From Candidatus Thalassarchaeaceae archaeon (GTDB lineage Archaea; Thermoplasmatota; Poseidoniia; Poseidoniales; Thalassarchaeaceae): a stretch of 64,000 bases of DNA. Position 1 is the first letter of the stretch, and each line of letters opens with the position of its first letter. The position numbers were made by a program, and so were the translations under genes. Below the pieces are notes generated by a model. The model saw only the letters and a list, made by a program, of their open reading frames with translations. It made no database searches and was not told the DNA's origin. This document shows positions 46,502 to 55,246 of this stretch, in pieces. The stretch covers positions 70,383 through 134,382 of the forward strand of contig JALRLV010000001.1 of NCBI GenBank assembly GCA_023268715.1. The letters are read 5' to 3'.

Positions 46502-47652
46502 CCGTGGTCCAACCAGCCCATCTGAGTTGCCATAATCAGAAGTAAACCAACTATCGCCACTCCGATCAACATTGGAATGACAGTTGCACGACCATCCACA
46601 GGATTGTGTATGTCAGGCAAGGTATCTACAGTAGCTACGTATAGGAATGAACCCGCAGAAAATAACATTAGCAAACCAAGCGTTGTTGATTCAATATCAG
46701 TCAGAAGTAGGTAAGATAGAATCAGAGTAATTGGCGTTGCTACTGCAAATAAAGCAATATCCCTTATGGCATCTCGTTCACTATCCCTTTCGTGTGAGGA
46801 GAAGACTCCTAAACTGAATGCTGCTGGTGCTTTATGAATCAACACTGCAGCAACAACTGCAGTGGTCAAGGCCGATTCTCCTGAAGCAATTGCAGCTCCT
46901 ATTGCAAGTCCATCAACAGCCGCATGAAGGGATAAGCCGATAACTAAGGTCCACCCTATTTTATGGTGATAAATGTGCGAATGACCGTGATCTTCGCTGT
47001 GGTCGTGATGTTCTTCATGGACGGCATGCCCTGCCCCGCTTGCCTCAAGTAGTAACATCACAAGGAATCCCATAAGAATGGCAAGACCGAAAACTGCGAT
47101 TGCCATTTCCTCTTCTTCATGCTCGATATCATTATGGGTTTCACCATGGTTGTGTGAGGTGATTAACTCTTCAATTTCCTCAACACCCGTACTAGCATTG
47201 ATTTCACCTGCCTCAAATTCCTCAATTACGTGTTCAATGCTGCTGGATAATGAATCTCCAAGTTCTTCTTCATGCTCGCCATCTTCCTCTTCTTCATGTT
47301 CACCGTCATTGTGCGAGTCATGGCCTCCTAACAATTCTTCAATTTCTTCGATTGCTGTAGAAGCATTGATGTCACCATGCTGCATTTCTAAGATGACAAG
47401 CGCCACAGAACCAGCTAACTCACCATCCTCACTATGACTTTCATCTCCGTGGTCATCATGATTTTCACTAGCTAATTCAAACCCTTCAGGAACAACTACC
47501 AACAGCGCCGACGCGATAATTATCCCCGAAGCAATTGCTGTAATATTTTTCAATCGTTTTTGGTCATTGAATGGAGACCCTTTAATCGGTATTATTCCAA
47601 AGGCTAAGCCGATTACAAGTGTGATGGCGGCCATCGTCAATGCTGTTTGCAT
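46495..47652 (-). CDS. ZIP-family divalent metal (Zn/Fe) transporter with expanded His/Glu-rich loop
   Basis: It has a ZIP core (LSLHAAVDGLAIGAA, HKAPAAFSLG). A His/Asp/Glu-rich loop of about 120 aa contains a duplicated unit of about 36-40 aa (G[DE]INAST..EEIEEL...H..HEEEE). Confidence 0.8.
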   Translation of the reverse strand: MQTALTMAAITLVIGLAFGIIPIKGSPFNDQKRLKNITAIASGIIIASALLVVVPEGFELASENHDDHGDESHSEDGELAGSVALVILEMQHGDINASTAIEEIEELLGGHDSHNDGEHEEEEDGEHEEELGDSLSSSIEHVIEEFEAGEINASTGVEEIEELITSHNHGETHNDIEHEEEEMAIAVFGLAILMGFLVMLLLEASGAGHAVHEEHHDHSEDHGHSHIYHHKIGWTLVIGLSLHAAVDGLAIGAAIASGESALTTAVVAAVLIHKAPAAFSLGVFSSHERDSERDAIRDIALFAVATPITLILSYLLLTDIESTTLGLLMLFSAGSFLYVATVDTLPDIHNPVDGRATVIPMLIGVAIVGLLLIMATQMGWLDHGH

Positions 47653-47742
47653 GGGAACACCGGCAATATATTAGATATTTAATTAAAACTAATAATTACC
47701 GATTTGGGAATTATTATTAAACATTGTCAAATCCGCTAAAAC

Positions 47743-48168
47743 ATGAGCCAAATCATCACCTTCAGTGTTGACAAAGAGTTTGCTAGTAGGCTTGACGATT
47801 TCATTAAACAAACAGGATACAAGAATCGAAGTATGTTCCTCCGTGATGCAAGCCTTCATTTTGCAGATGCATCACTAAGAGGTGATCTTGACTCGATGGA
47901 TGCTGAACAGGAAATCGAAGGCACCGCTGTAGTATATTTCCAACACCATGTTGAGAATAAGTTAGCAGAATTGAGACACTCAAAAGACTTCAATATCACA
48001 TCATACTCTCACAATTGCCTAAGTCAAAGTCACACATGCGTAGATACAATGCAAGTTAATGGGAAAGCAAGCGCAGTACGAGATATGGTGAATAGTCTGA
48101 AGAATACAAAAGATGTTGATAGAGTTGAATTCATTACTGCACCTTTCAGAGAATCTGGTTGTTGTTGA
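47743..48168 (+). CDS. nikR: NikR-like metal-responsive transcriptional regulator (ribbon-helix-helix plus C-terminal metal-binding domain)
   Basis: It has an N-terminal RHH segment (IITFSVDKEFASRLDDFIKQTGYKNRSMFLRDA). The C-terminal His/Cys-rich ACT-like region is YFQHHVENK...SYSHNCLSQSHTCVDTMQV. It is divergent from the ZIP gene. Confidence 0.65.
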   Translation: MSQIITFSVDKEFASRLDDFIKQTGYKNRSMFLRDASLHFADASLRGDLDSMDAEQEIEGTAVVYFQHHVENKLAELRHSKDFNITSYSHNCLSQSHTCVDTMQVNGKASAVRDMVNSLKNTKDVDRVEFITAPFRESGCC

Positions 48169-48222
48169 ATAAATCTTTGACCGCTCACGATTGCATAACC
48201 TCAGGATAATTTCCCCAACGGA

Positions 48223-49998
48223 TTGAAGGAGTGTCGCTGTCGCGGCTTAAGTGTGGAGATACCTCCAGAACTACAATCAATGCTTGACGCGGAGCATGGC
48301 CCAACTAAGCAAAAGGCTGCAAGATTGGTTGTTGATTTGGCCGCATCCGCGGGTGCTTCTGAATTCACACGTTGCGCCCATGCTCACGTATCAGGAGTCA
48401 GCGTAATTACTGGTGGGCACGGTTTGAGGCGCTTCCTTTCTGACCTCTCCGGAGACCCAGAAGGCACGGTATCCATTCCAACCACATTGAATTCAGCAGG
48501 TTGCGATAGAGAACAGATTAAAGAAATGGGAATCGATCATGAAAATTTCTTAGAATATCAATTCGAAATTATCCACGCTTACTCAGAATTAGGAATAGAT
48601 GCCACCCTTTCTTGTACCCCGTATGATCGCGGAGTCGAAATGGAATCCGGTATCGGTTCTTGGGCTGAATCAAATGCTGTCTGTTACTCTAACTCCTATA
48701 CTTCTCTAATGACGAACCGCGAATCTGGGCTATCTGCTCTAGCAACTGCTCTAACTGGTTGGGCTCCGTTATGGGGGCTCCATATCGAATCGAATCGAAT
48801 TCCGAATATTCTAGTCACAGTCGAAGCTTCGATGGACAATCTTGCTGATTGGTCAGTACTAGGTGACTGGATTGGAATGCAAATTAAACCGGAATGGAAT
48901 CTTCCTTGGGGATTCATGCCTAGAATAGTCGGCTTACCAAGTAACGCAGGATTTGAGGAGCGCAAGGCATTGACTGCAGCAGCCGCGAACTATGGTTGTC
49001 CAATGCTATGGGCTGATGGACTAACTGTAGATGCCCCTGAAGTGCCTCAATTCGAAGGCGAACTTATCTTTGCTGAAAATAACCTAGCAGAAAGATATGC
49101 TGAGTTGGCTCCAACCGGCACGGTTGACCTCGTAGTAATTGGTTGTCCTCAAGCAAGTGTCGGTGAGGCAAGAGCAACTGCAGCCGCAGTTCGCTCGCAC
49201 ATGGAATTAGGTCAGAAGATCCAAGATAGTCGTCTTTGGGTTTTCACAAGTGGGTATAATTACGAGTTACTTCAAGCCGATGGAACTGTGGATTTGTTAG
49301 AGGAAGCAGGCGCCTTAGTTCTGAAAGACACCTGCCCTGAGGTTACTCCTTACAATCGTACTAAATACAATCACATACTTACAAATTCACTGAAAGCAGA
49401 ACATTACCTCAAGAGTGGTTTGAATCGTTTACCAACAAGTGTCGCACCAATCCAGGAATGTGTTGCTCATGCCTTCACCCCCTCATTGTCTGAAGGTCCA
49501 CGCCCTGTATTGGATGGAAAGAAAGCAAAACCTCTGGCATCAAATAAAACTCATCAAACTAGTCCGGTAACTCTCTATGGAAATGGCCTTCCTAGCCAAA
49601 CAAACTGGAAAATTATCGGGAAAGCAATGGTTACTGATGTCCCTATTACCTACCTCGGATATGTCAATAGGGATTCTGGTGTAATCGAAGAACCAGGACA
49701 CCCTCTGGATGGCGTGCCAATTGAAGATACGATCCTAATCTATCCGAAAGGCTCTGGCTCCACAGTTGCCCCATTCGTTCTCATGGGTTTGATTTACACT
49801 GGTAAAGGTCCGAAGGGAATTATCAATCGAGACGTTTGCCCACTTACTCTTCCAGCCGCGAGCCTCTTGGCCCTTCCTTATGCCCATGGATTTGATGATG
49901 ATCCGACTCTAGCAATCAATGATGGCGACTCGGTTGAAATGAGTCTCGAGAATGGTCAAGTGCAACTTTCGGTTCTCTCTCGCGCGAGCGAGGATTGA
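48223..49998 (+). CDS. Aconitase X (AcnX) family dehydratase, large (DUF521) and small (DUF126) modules fused in one chain
   Basis: The DUF521-like N-terminal part is AHAHVSGVSVITGGHGL. The DUF126-like C-terminal part is GKAMVTDVPITYLGYVNRDSGVIEE...ILIYPKGSGSTVAPFVL. The start is either the TTG at 48223 or the GTG at 48253. Confidence 0.75.
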   Translation: MKECRCRGLSVEIPPELQSMLDAEHGPTKQKAARLVVDLAASAGASEFTRCAHAHVSGVSVITGGHGLRRFLSDLSGDPEGTVSIPTTLNSAGCDREQIKEMGIDHENFLEYQFEIIHAYSELGIDATLSCTPYDRGVEMESGIGSWAESNAVCYSNSYTSLMTNRESGLSALATALTGWAPLWGLHIESNRIPNILVTVEASMDNLADWSVLGDWIGMQIKPEWNLPWGFMPRIVGLPSNAGFEERKALTAAAANYGCPMLWADGLTVDAPEVPQFEGELIFAENNLAERYAELAPTGTVDLVVIGCPQASVGEARATAAAVRSHMELGQKIQDSRLWVFTSGYNYELLQADGTVDLLEEAGALVLKDTCPEVTPYNRTKYNHILTNSLKAEHYLKSGLNRLPTSVAPIQECVAHAFTPSLSEGPRPVLDGKKAKPLASNKTHQTSPVTLYGNGLPSQTNWKIIGKAMVTDVPITYLGYVNRDSGVIEEPGHPLDGVPIEDTILIYPKGSGSTVAPFVLMGLIYTGKGPKGIINRDVCPLTLPAASLLALPYAHGFDDDPTLAINDGDSVEMSLENGQVQLSVLSRASED

Positions 49999-52160
49999 TG
50001 ACCGAAGCGCTTCGCAGCAGGGTTGTGAGTAAGCGGCCAGATCCAGAACCCTGTCGCGATCAGGACCTCGGTAAGTTCGAGGTTACTGTAAGGGATGGTG
50101 CGGCTAGGCTCGGTAAGTTATTCACAAGACACGGAGTTTTAGAAACTCCAATGTTATTACCTGTAATCAACCCCAATATTCGTACCATTGAACCCCGAGT
50201 GATGTGGGAAAAATATCGAGTGAACGGCCTAATTACGAACTCCTACGTTACTTGGAAACACGACAAGTTACGTGAACCAGCACTTGAAAATGGCATACAT
50301 TCTCTGCTAGATTTCCCAGGAGTGATTGTAACAGATTCTGGAACTTTCCAATCCTATGTTTATGGTGATGTAGAGGTAGGTGTGGAGGAAATAGTCGATT
50401 TTCAGAAGAAAATCGGAGTAGATATCGGCACTATGCTAGATGTATTTGGCCGACCCGATATGTCACGAGAAGAACTTGAGCATGCGGTAGAAGAAACAGC
50501 AAATCGCGCATTGATTTCACTGAATGCCGCTGGGGAAGAGACGCTCCTGAATGGCCCTGTTCAAGGGGGTCTTCACGATGACCTAAGGGCTCAAGCCGGC
50601 GCTTTGATGGGAGAAGTTTCAGGAGAGCATAGAGGCTTCGCAGTACACCCAATTGGGGGTATAGTGCCTCTCATGGAAAAACAAAGGTATCTTGAATTAT
50701 TTCGAATCCTTCTTTCTGCTCGGTCAACAATTCCGCCGAATCGACCAATTCACATGTTTGGTTGCGGTCATCCAATTCTCTTCCCTATGTGCATTGCCCT
50801 AGGTGTAGACCTCTTCGATTCAGCAGCCTACGCTTTATTTGCCAGGGATGACCGATTATTGACTCCAAATGGAACAGTCAAGTTAGGAGATTTGACTGAA
50901 TGGCCTCATAGTTCTTCAGCACTATTCCAATACACTCCAAATGAAGTTCGTGAGATGGAAAGGGATGAGCGGTCAACCCTCTTGGCTCACCACAACCTAG
51001 AGGTGACTCAAGCAGAACTAGCGAGATGTAGAGAGGCTGTAAGAAACGGAACAATTTGGCAATTGGCAGAACAACGAAGTCATGCAAATGCTAGACTTCG
51101 AGAGGCCTTCGAATGGGTCCTAGAACAATTGCAAGAAACAGAAGAAGGGCCTGTTGCTGAAAGCGCTCTTAGAACGATAGCTTCTACTAACCCGGTCAGA
51201 GGTTCTGCTGAGCAATTTTCTGACGATATTGATAGCCGTCCACACCTACTTCATTTGAATGCCTTATTGGCTATGAGATGGAGACGCCCAGGTTCTTGGT
51301 GGGATGGCTCAAATGATAATGCTGAAAGAGTAGTAATTCTATCCGGCGCAGCGCCGCCGTGGCGCGATACCGCATTAGGTTCAGCGATTTCAGCACTAGC
51401 GGAAGAACCTCGTTCAATCGTACTAATTTCGACTCCCGTTGGCCTAATCCCATTCTCTCTTGAAGATGTATCACCATGGTGTCATATCGAGTGTCCGGAA
51501 GATATCTGGAACATGATCCTTGATGAGGATGAAATCGACGCTTGGCTGGAAGACCTTGGTGTTGTGGATTTACCTCTTGATATCCATGTTTGTCAACCTG
51601 ATCCGGAGGAAGAGGCAGGAGGGGAAAACCGAGCAAAAATCCGTGACTGGATTGACCAGTGTACAATCGTCGATAAATTATCATTATTTTGTGGGGTGTC
51701 TCCCTCATATTCATGTGATTTTACTAAGAACATGACCGTTCGTCGCTCTCGAACTGACCGTATGGTAAATATCAACTTTGAAGGGATGCATTGCTTATCT
51801 CCTCGCTTGCAAGATGGTGCTCTATCGCTTACTTTGGCTGGCGCAGAAAAATTACATCAATTGAATCCAAATTCGCCGCCTAGATTTGACGAGGGTGATA
51901 CATCGACCGGGTTGGACCATCCGGGTGTACCCCGAGTTTTGTTGATGGATGATGCGATTCCATTTGTTGAAAAAGGACGCAACGTGATTCATGGTTTTGT
52001 TCTCGGTGCTGATTCCCACCTAATCGTAGGGCAACCATGTTTGGTTGTTAGTGCTAAAGGTGAACTGGTAGCACATGGCGTGGCTAATGCAACTGCAGAT
52101 GATATGGCGTTCTTCGACAAGGGCATTGCAGTAAAGGTTCGCGATGGGGCATTGAAGTAA
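49995..52160 (+). CDS. tgtA: Archaeosine-type tRNA-guanine transglycosylase homologue with C-terminal PUA domain
   Basis: It has a TGT barrel (VITDSGTFQ, HMFGCGHPILF, VDLFDSAAYA). The C-terminal PUA-like segment is GQPCLVVSAKGELVAHGVANA...IAVKVRDG. The start overlaps the AcnX stop as ATGA. Its 721 aa are longer than I expect for ArcTGT. Confidence 0.8.
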   Translation: MMTEALRSRVVSKRPDPEPCRDQDLGKFEVTVRDGAARLGKLFTRHGVLETPMLLPVINPNIRTIEPRVMWEKYRVNGLITNSYVTWKHDKLREPALENGIHSLLDFPGVIVTDSGTFQSYVYGDVEVGVEEIVDFQKKIGVDIGTMLDVFGRPDMSREELEHAVEETANRALISLNAAGEETLLNGPVQGGLHDDLRAQAGALMGEVSGEHRGFAVHPIGGIVPLMEKQRYLELFRILLSARSTIPPNRPIHMFGCGHPILFPMCIALGVDLFDSAAYALFARDDRLLTPNGTVKLGDLTEWPHSSSALFQYTPNEVREMERDERSTLLAHHNLEVTQAELARCREAVRNGTIWQLAEQRSHANARLREAFEWVLEQLQETEEGPVAESALRTIASTNPVRGSAEQFSDDIDSRPHLLHLNALLAMRWRRPGSWWDGSNDNAERVVILSGAAPPWRDTALGSAISALAEEPRSIVLISTPVGLIPFSLEDVSPWCHIECPEDIWNMILDEDEIDAWLEDLGVVDLPLDIHVCQPDPEEEAGGENRAKIRDWIDQCTIVDKLSLFCGVSPSYSCDFTKNMTVRRSRTDRMVNINFEGMHCLSPRLQDGALSLTLAGAEKLHQLNPNSPPRFDEGDTSTGLDHPGVPRVLLMDDAIPFVEKGRNVIHGFVLGADSHLIVGQPCLVVSAKGELVAHGVANATADDMAFFDKGIAVKVRDGALK

Positions 52161-52224
52161 TCCTACGATGAAATTGCAATTGCGACGGGGATTCATTCAA
52201 GTGATTCAGCCGTTTACATCCAGC

Positions 52225-52243
52225 CGACTCCCTTAGGGAGTCG
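52225..52243 (+). other. Perfect 8-bp hairpin between tgtA and the ABC operon
   Basis: The sequence is cgactccc-tta-gggagtcg. It lies 65 nt after the tgtA stop and just upstream of the AGGAG (52249-52253) that precedes the TTG start at 52259. Confidence 0.3.
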
Positions 52244-52258
52244 TCAGCAGGAGTTGAT

Positions 52259-53239
52259 TTGTTGAGTGAGGGATTCATCATCGAAACGCGTGATTTACGC
52301 AAGATGTACGGACCGCACCTTGCCCTAGAAGATGTAGATGTCCAGATTCCTCAAGGAGCGATTGGAATCCTAGGCCCAAACGGGGCGGGTAAGTCGACTT
52401 TCTTCAAGTGCATTCTAGGATTGATTACGACCACATCTGGAGAAGGTAGTGTTCTTGGCTATGACATCAAAACCCAAGGGGATATTATTCGATCAAGGAT
52501 TGGCTATATGCCCGAGTATGACTCATTAGATCCTGACTTGAACGCAATTGATCAGGTACGATACGCTGGCGAACTTTTGGGAATGAATCCAGCTGCAGCA
52601 ATGCAGAGAGCCCATGAAGTGTTGGAATACGTCGGGCTCAGAGATCAAAGATACAGGAAGATTGAATCGTTTAGTACCGGAATGAAACAAGCGACCAAAC
52701 TTGCTTGTGCAATTGTTCACGACCCAGAGATTCTAATCTGTGATGAACCGACCAATGGACTTGATCAACGGTCTAGGGAATTCATGCTAAAGACACTCAG
52801 AAGGACCGTTGATGAGGGAGGCGGTACCGTCCTGATGTCCAGCCACGTGATGGATGATGTTCAGGAAGTATGTGACCGTGTTGTAATGATTCACAAGGGT
52901 CAAATTGTAGTCAATAGGCCGATTGCAGACCTTGCAAATCAGATTGAGAAAGAGGTCGAGGCAGTAATTTGGGGCGGAGCCTCAAAAATGGAACAAGCCT
53001 TGATTTCAAATGGCCTGAAAGTTAGACGAATGGGTAGGGTAATGAGAGTAACCATAGAAGATGAGAATACAATTGAGAGAATCATTTCAATTGCTGCGAA
53101 ATCTGAAGTCCAAATTCGAGAGTTGCGGGAATATGAGCCAGATTTGGAAGACATTTTCCTGTTGATAATGGATAAATTAGGTGCCAGGGTGAAAGGTACT
53201 TCAGAATTGATGACTTCCGAACATGTTGGAGGTGAATGA
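52259..53239 (+). CDS. ABC transporter ATP-binding protein (ABC-2 exporter type), copy 1
   Basis: It has Walker A (GPNGAGKST), the signature FSTGMKQ, Walker B (ILICDEP) and a C-terminal accessory domain. It has a TTG start with AGGAG 5 nt upstream. Confidence 0.9.
   Translation: MLSEGFIIETRDLRKMYGPHLALEDVDVQIPQGAIGILGPNGAGKSTFFKCILGLITTTSGEGSVLGYDIKTQGDIIRSRIGYMPEYDSLDPDLNAIDQVRYAGELLGMNPAAAMQRAHEVLEYVGLRDQRYRKIESFSTGMKQATKLACAIVHDPEILICDEPTNGLDQRSREFMLKTLRRTVDEGGGTVLMSSHVMDDVQEVCDRVVMIHKGQIVVNRPIADLANQIEKEVEAVIWGGASKMEQALISNGLKVRRMGRVMRVTIEDENTIERIISIAAKSEVQIRELREYEPDLEDIFLLIMDKLGARVKGTSELMTSEHVGGE
53228..53235 (+). promoter_or_regulatory. Shine-Dalgarno-like site GGAGGTGA
   Basis: The site lies 5 nt upstream of the ATG at 53241 and inside the end of the preceding ATPase gene. 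It is a perfect complement to the conserved 3' end of 16S rRNA. Confidence 0.5.
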
Positions 53240-53240
53240 G

Positions 53241-54311
53241 ATGTCTGAAGAAGATTCCAACATAGATAATTTGGCTGAAGAGTTGCCATTACAAAACCAA
53301 TCTGCGAATTCAACTGAGGCCGAATTGGGTCAGACTCGTATGGAAGTTGCTTACGGTTCTGGTGATGGTGATGATGATGCGCAGGCAATTGTAGCTCGTA
53401 AAGCCTCGATGGGCGTGCTATATGAGCAAATTTACCGGCCTTGGAATGGCGAATTAGGTCCTCGTTGGGTTCGCAATTATGCTATTTTTAGACACCATGT
53501 GTATGGTTTATTCAGCGGAAAAGGCCATCGCCACTACAATCCATTTGTTCGACTTTCCATCCTAGTAATATTCCTAACATCACTCACTCCAATTGCCATG
53601 ATTTTCCTTTCTGTGACAATTTCTGGAGGTGAGGGTTCAGATTGGCTAAATCGTATGTGGGGTGTGAATCGATACAACCTTTGGGGGCAAGTACTCGGTT
53701 ACTTCCCAAGAAATCTCTGTATGTGGCCCCTTCTAACGGCATTGGTAGTCGGTGGAATGATTTCTGATGATAGGAAGAATGGAACTAGTGCGATTTACTT
53801 CTCACGCCCAGTTACTAGAATCGATTACACCGCAATGAAATACCTTTCATCTGCAGTAGTTCTTGGATTTGTAATTGTATTCTCATACATGCTCTATTAC
53901 ACTTCTGCAATCGTTTTCAACGGAGAAGGATGGGCTTACCTAATCGATACACTTCCAATATTTCTAGGGGGTTTACTTGCGGGTATTCTATTGGTAATTA
54001 CCTATACTTCAATTGGCATGGCTCTATCAAGTGTTAGTCAAAGTCGCTTCTTTGCTGCAATAGGTTTCCTTGCGATTATTTTTGGAACCAAACTAGTCGC
54101 ACTAATGATTGAACTAATCTTTGATACTACAGTGTTTTACATACTAAGTCCGTATGATTCCCTTGCCCACCTTGGTCAATGGCTTGTGGGGATACCTGCA
54201 AATTATGAGCACTCCTTGGCTCTATCAATAATTTCGATTTTACTCTACAACGCAGCCTCAATCGGTTTGCTTGTCACTAGAGTTCGTTCACTGGAGGTGA
54301 CTCGTGAATGA
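53241..54311 (+). CDS. ABC-2-type permease, polytopic membrane protein (copy 1)
   Basis: It has an acidic N-terminus followed by YRPWNGELGPRWVRNYAIFRHH and about 6 TM segments. The start is taken at the ATG at 53241, which follows the SD; the longest ORF starts at 53223. Confidence 0.7.
   Translation: MSEEDSNIDNLAEELPLQNQSANSTEAELGQTRMEVAYGSGDGDDDAQAIVARKASMGVLYEQIYRPWNGELGPRWVRNYAIFRHHVYGLFSGKGHRHYNPFVRLSILVIFLTSLTPIAMIFLSVTISGGEGSDWLNRMWGVNRYNLWGQVLGYFPRNLCMWPLLTALVVGGMISDDRKNGTSAIYFSRPVTRIDYTAMKYLSSAVVLGFVIVFSYMLYYTSAIVFNGEGWAYLIDTLPIFLGGLLAGILLVITYTSIGMALSSVSQSRFFAAIGFLAIIFGTKLVALMIELIFDTTVFYILSPYDSLAHLGQWLVGIPANYEHSLALSIISILLYNAASIGLLVTRVRSLEVTRE
54293..54300 (+). promoter_or_regulatory. 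Shine-Dalgarno-like site GGAGGTGA
   Basis: This is an identical 8-mer, 7 nt upstream of the ATG at 54308 and inside the end of the permease gene. Confidence 0.5.
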
Positions 54312-55246
54312 GTACAAAAGCCACTCCAGCTGTTGTAATTGACAAATGCTCAAAATGGTATGGGCAGGTAATAGGACTCAACGAAGTATCATTGGCAATA
54401 GATGGCGGAGTTACCGGAATTCTAGGGCCAAACGGTGCTGGAAAATCCACTCTCTTCAAATTGCTAATGGGGCGGTTGAAGCCAAGCAGTGGTAATGTTC
54501 GATTATTCGGCATTGATCCCTGGGAAAGCACTGCTCCCTATCGTAGAGTTGGTTATGTTGCTGAGACTGAGAAATTGTATGATTGGATGACCGGACATGA
54601 CTTTGTTTCTACCTTAGCACGTCTCCATGGGATGACCAGAGAAGAGGCAAGCGATAGGGCATCACACGTACTTGATTTCGTAGGTCTCGCAGACGTTCAA
54701 AATAAGGAAATTGGCAAGTATAGTAAAGGTATGAGGCAGAGAGTCAAAATTGCTCATGCCTTGGTCCATGACCCTGATTTGATAATCCTAGATGAACCGT
54801 TACACGGTTGCGACCCAATAGCTAGAACTAGCATAATGAGCGTTATCAGAGATTTGGGGACTCAAGGAAAAACCGTCTTGGTATCGAGTCATATTTTGGA
54901 TGAAATTGAAAGAATCACAGAGCAAATCGTTATTCTCCATAATGGCAGATTACTAGCCTTGGGGAACCTACACGCAATTCGTGATTTGCTCGATAAGCAT
55001 CCACATAGAATACTGATTCGAACTGAAAATCCTAGAAAGCTTGCGGAATACTTTGTTCCTGAAGACCCCGTTTATGGGGTTAGGTTCGCAGAAGAAGGTG
55101 CTCTAGAGGTATTGACCAATGACCTCTCTGCAGCACATGATGTATTGCCTAGAGTAATAGTTGAGTCCGGATTGAAAGTCACCTCGATTGAGAATCCTGA
55201 TGATAATCTTGAGGCTTTGCTCGGCTATCTTGTAGGTGGTGCTTAA
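54308..55246 (+). CDS. ABC transporter ATP-binding protein (ABC-2 exporter type), copy 2
   Basis: It has Walker A (GPNGAGKST), the signature YSKGMRQ and Walker B (LIILDEP). Its start overlaps the upstream stop as ATGA. Confidence 0.9.
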   Translation: MSTKATPAVVIDKCSKWYGQVIGLNEVSLAIDGGVTGILGPNGAGKSTLFKLLMGRLKPSSGNVRLFGIDPWESTAPYRRVGYVAETEKLYDWMTGHDFVSTLARLHGMTREEASDRASHVLDFVGLADVQNKEIGKYSKGMRQRVKIAHALVHDPDLIILDEPLHGCDPIARTSIMSVIRDLGTQGKTVLVSSHILDEIERITEQIVILHNGRLLALGNLHAIRDLLDKHPHRILIRTENPRKLAEYFVPEDPVYGVRFAEEGALEVLTNDLSAAHDVLPRVIVESGLKVTSIENPDDNLEALLGYLVGGA

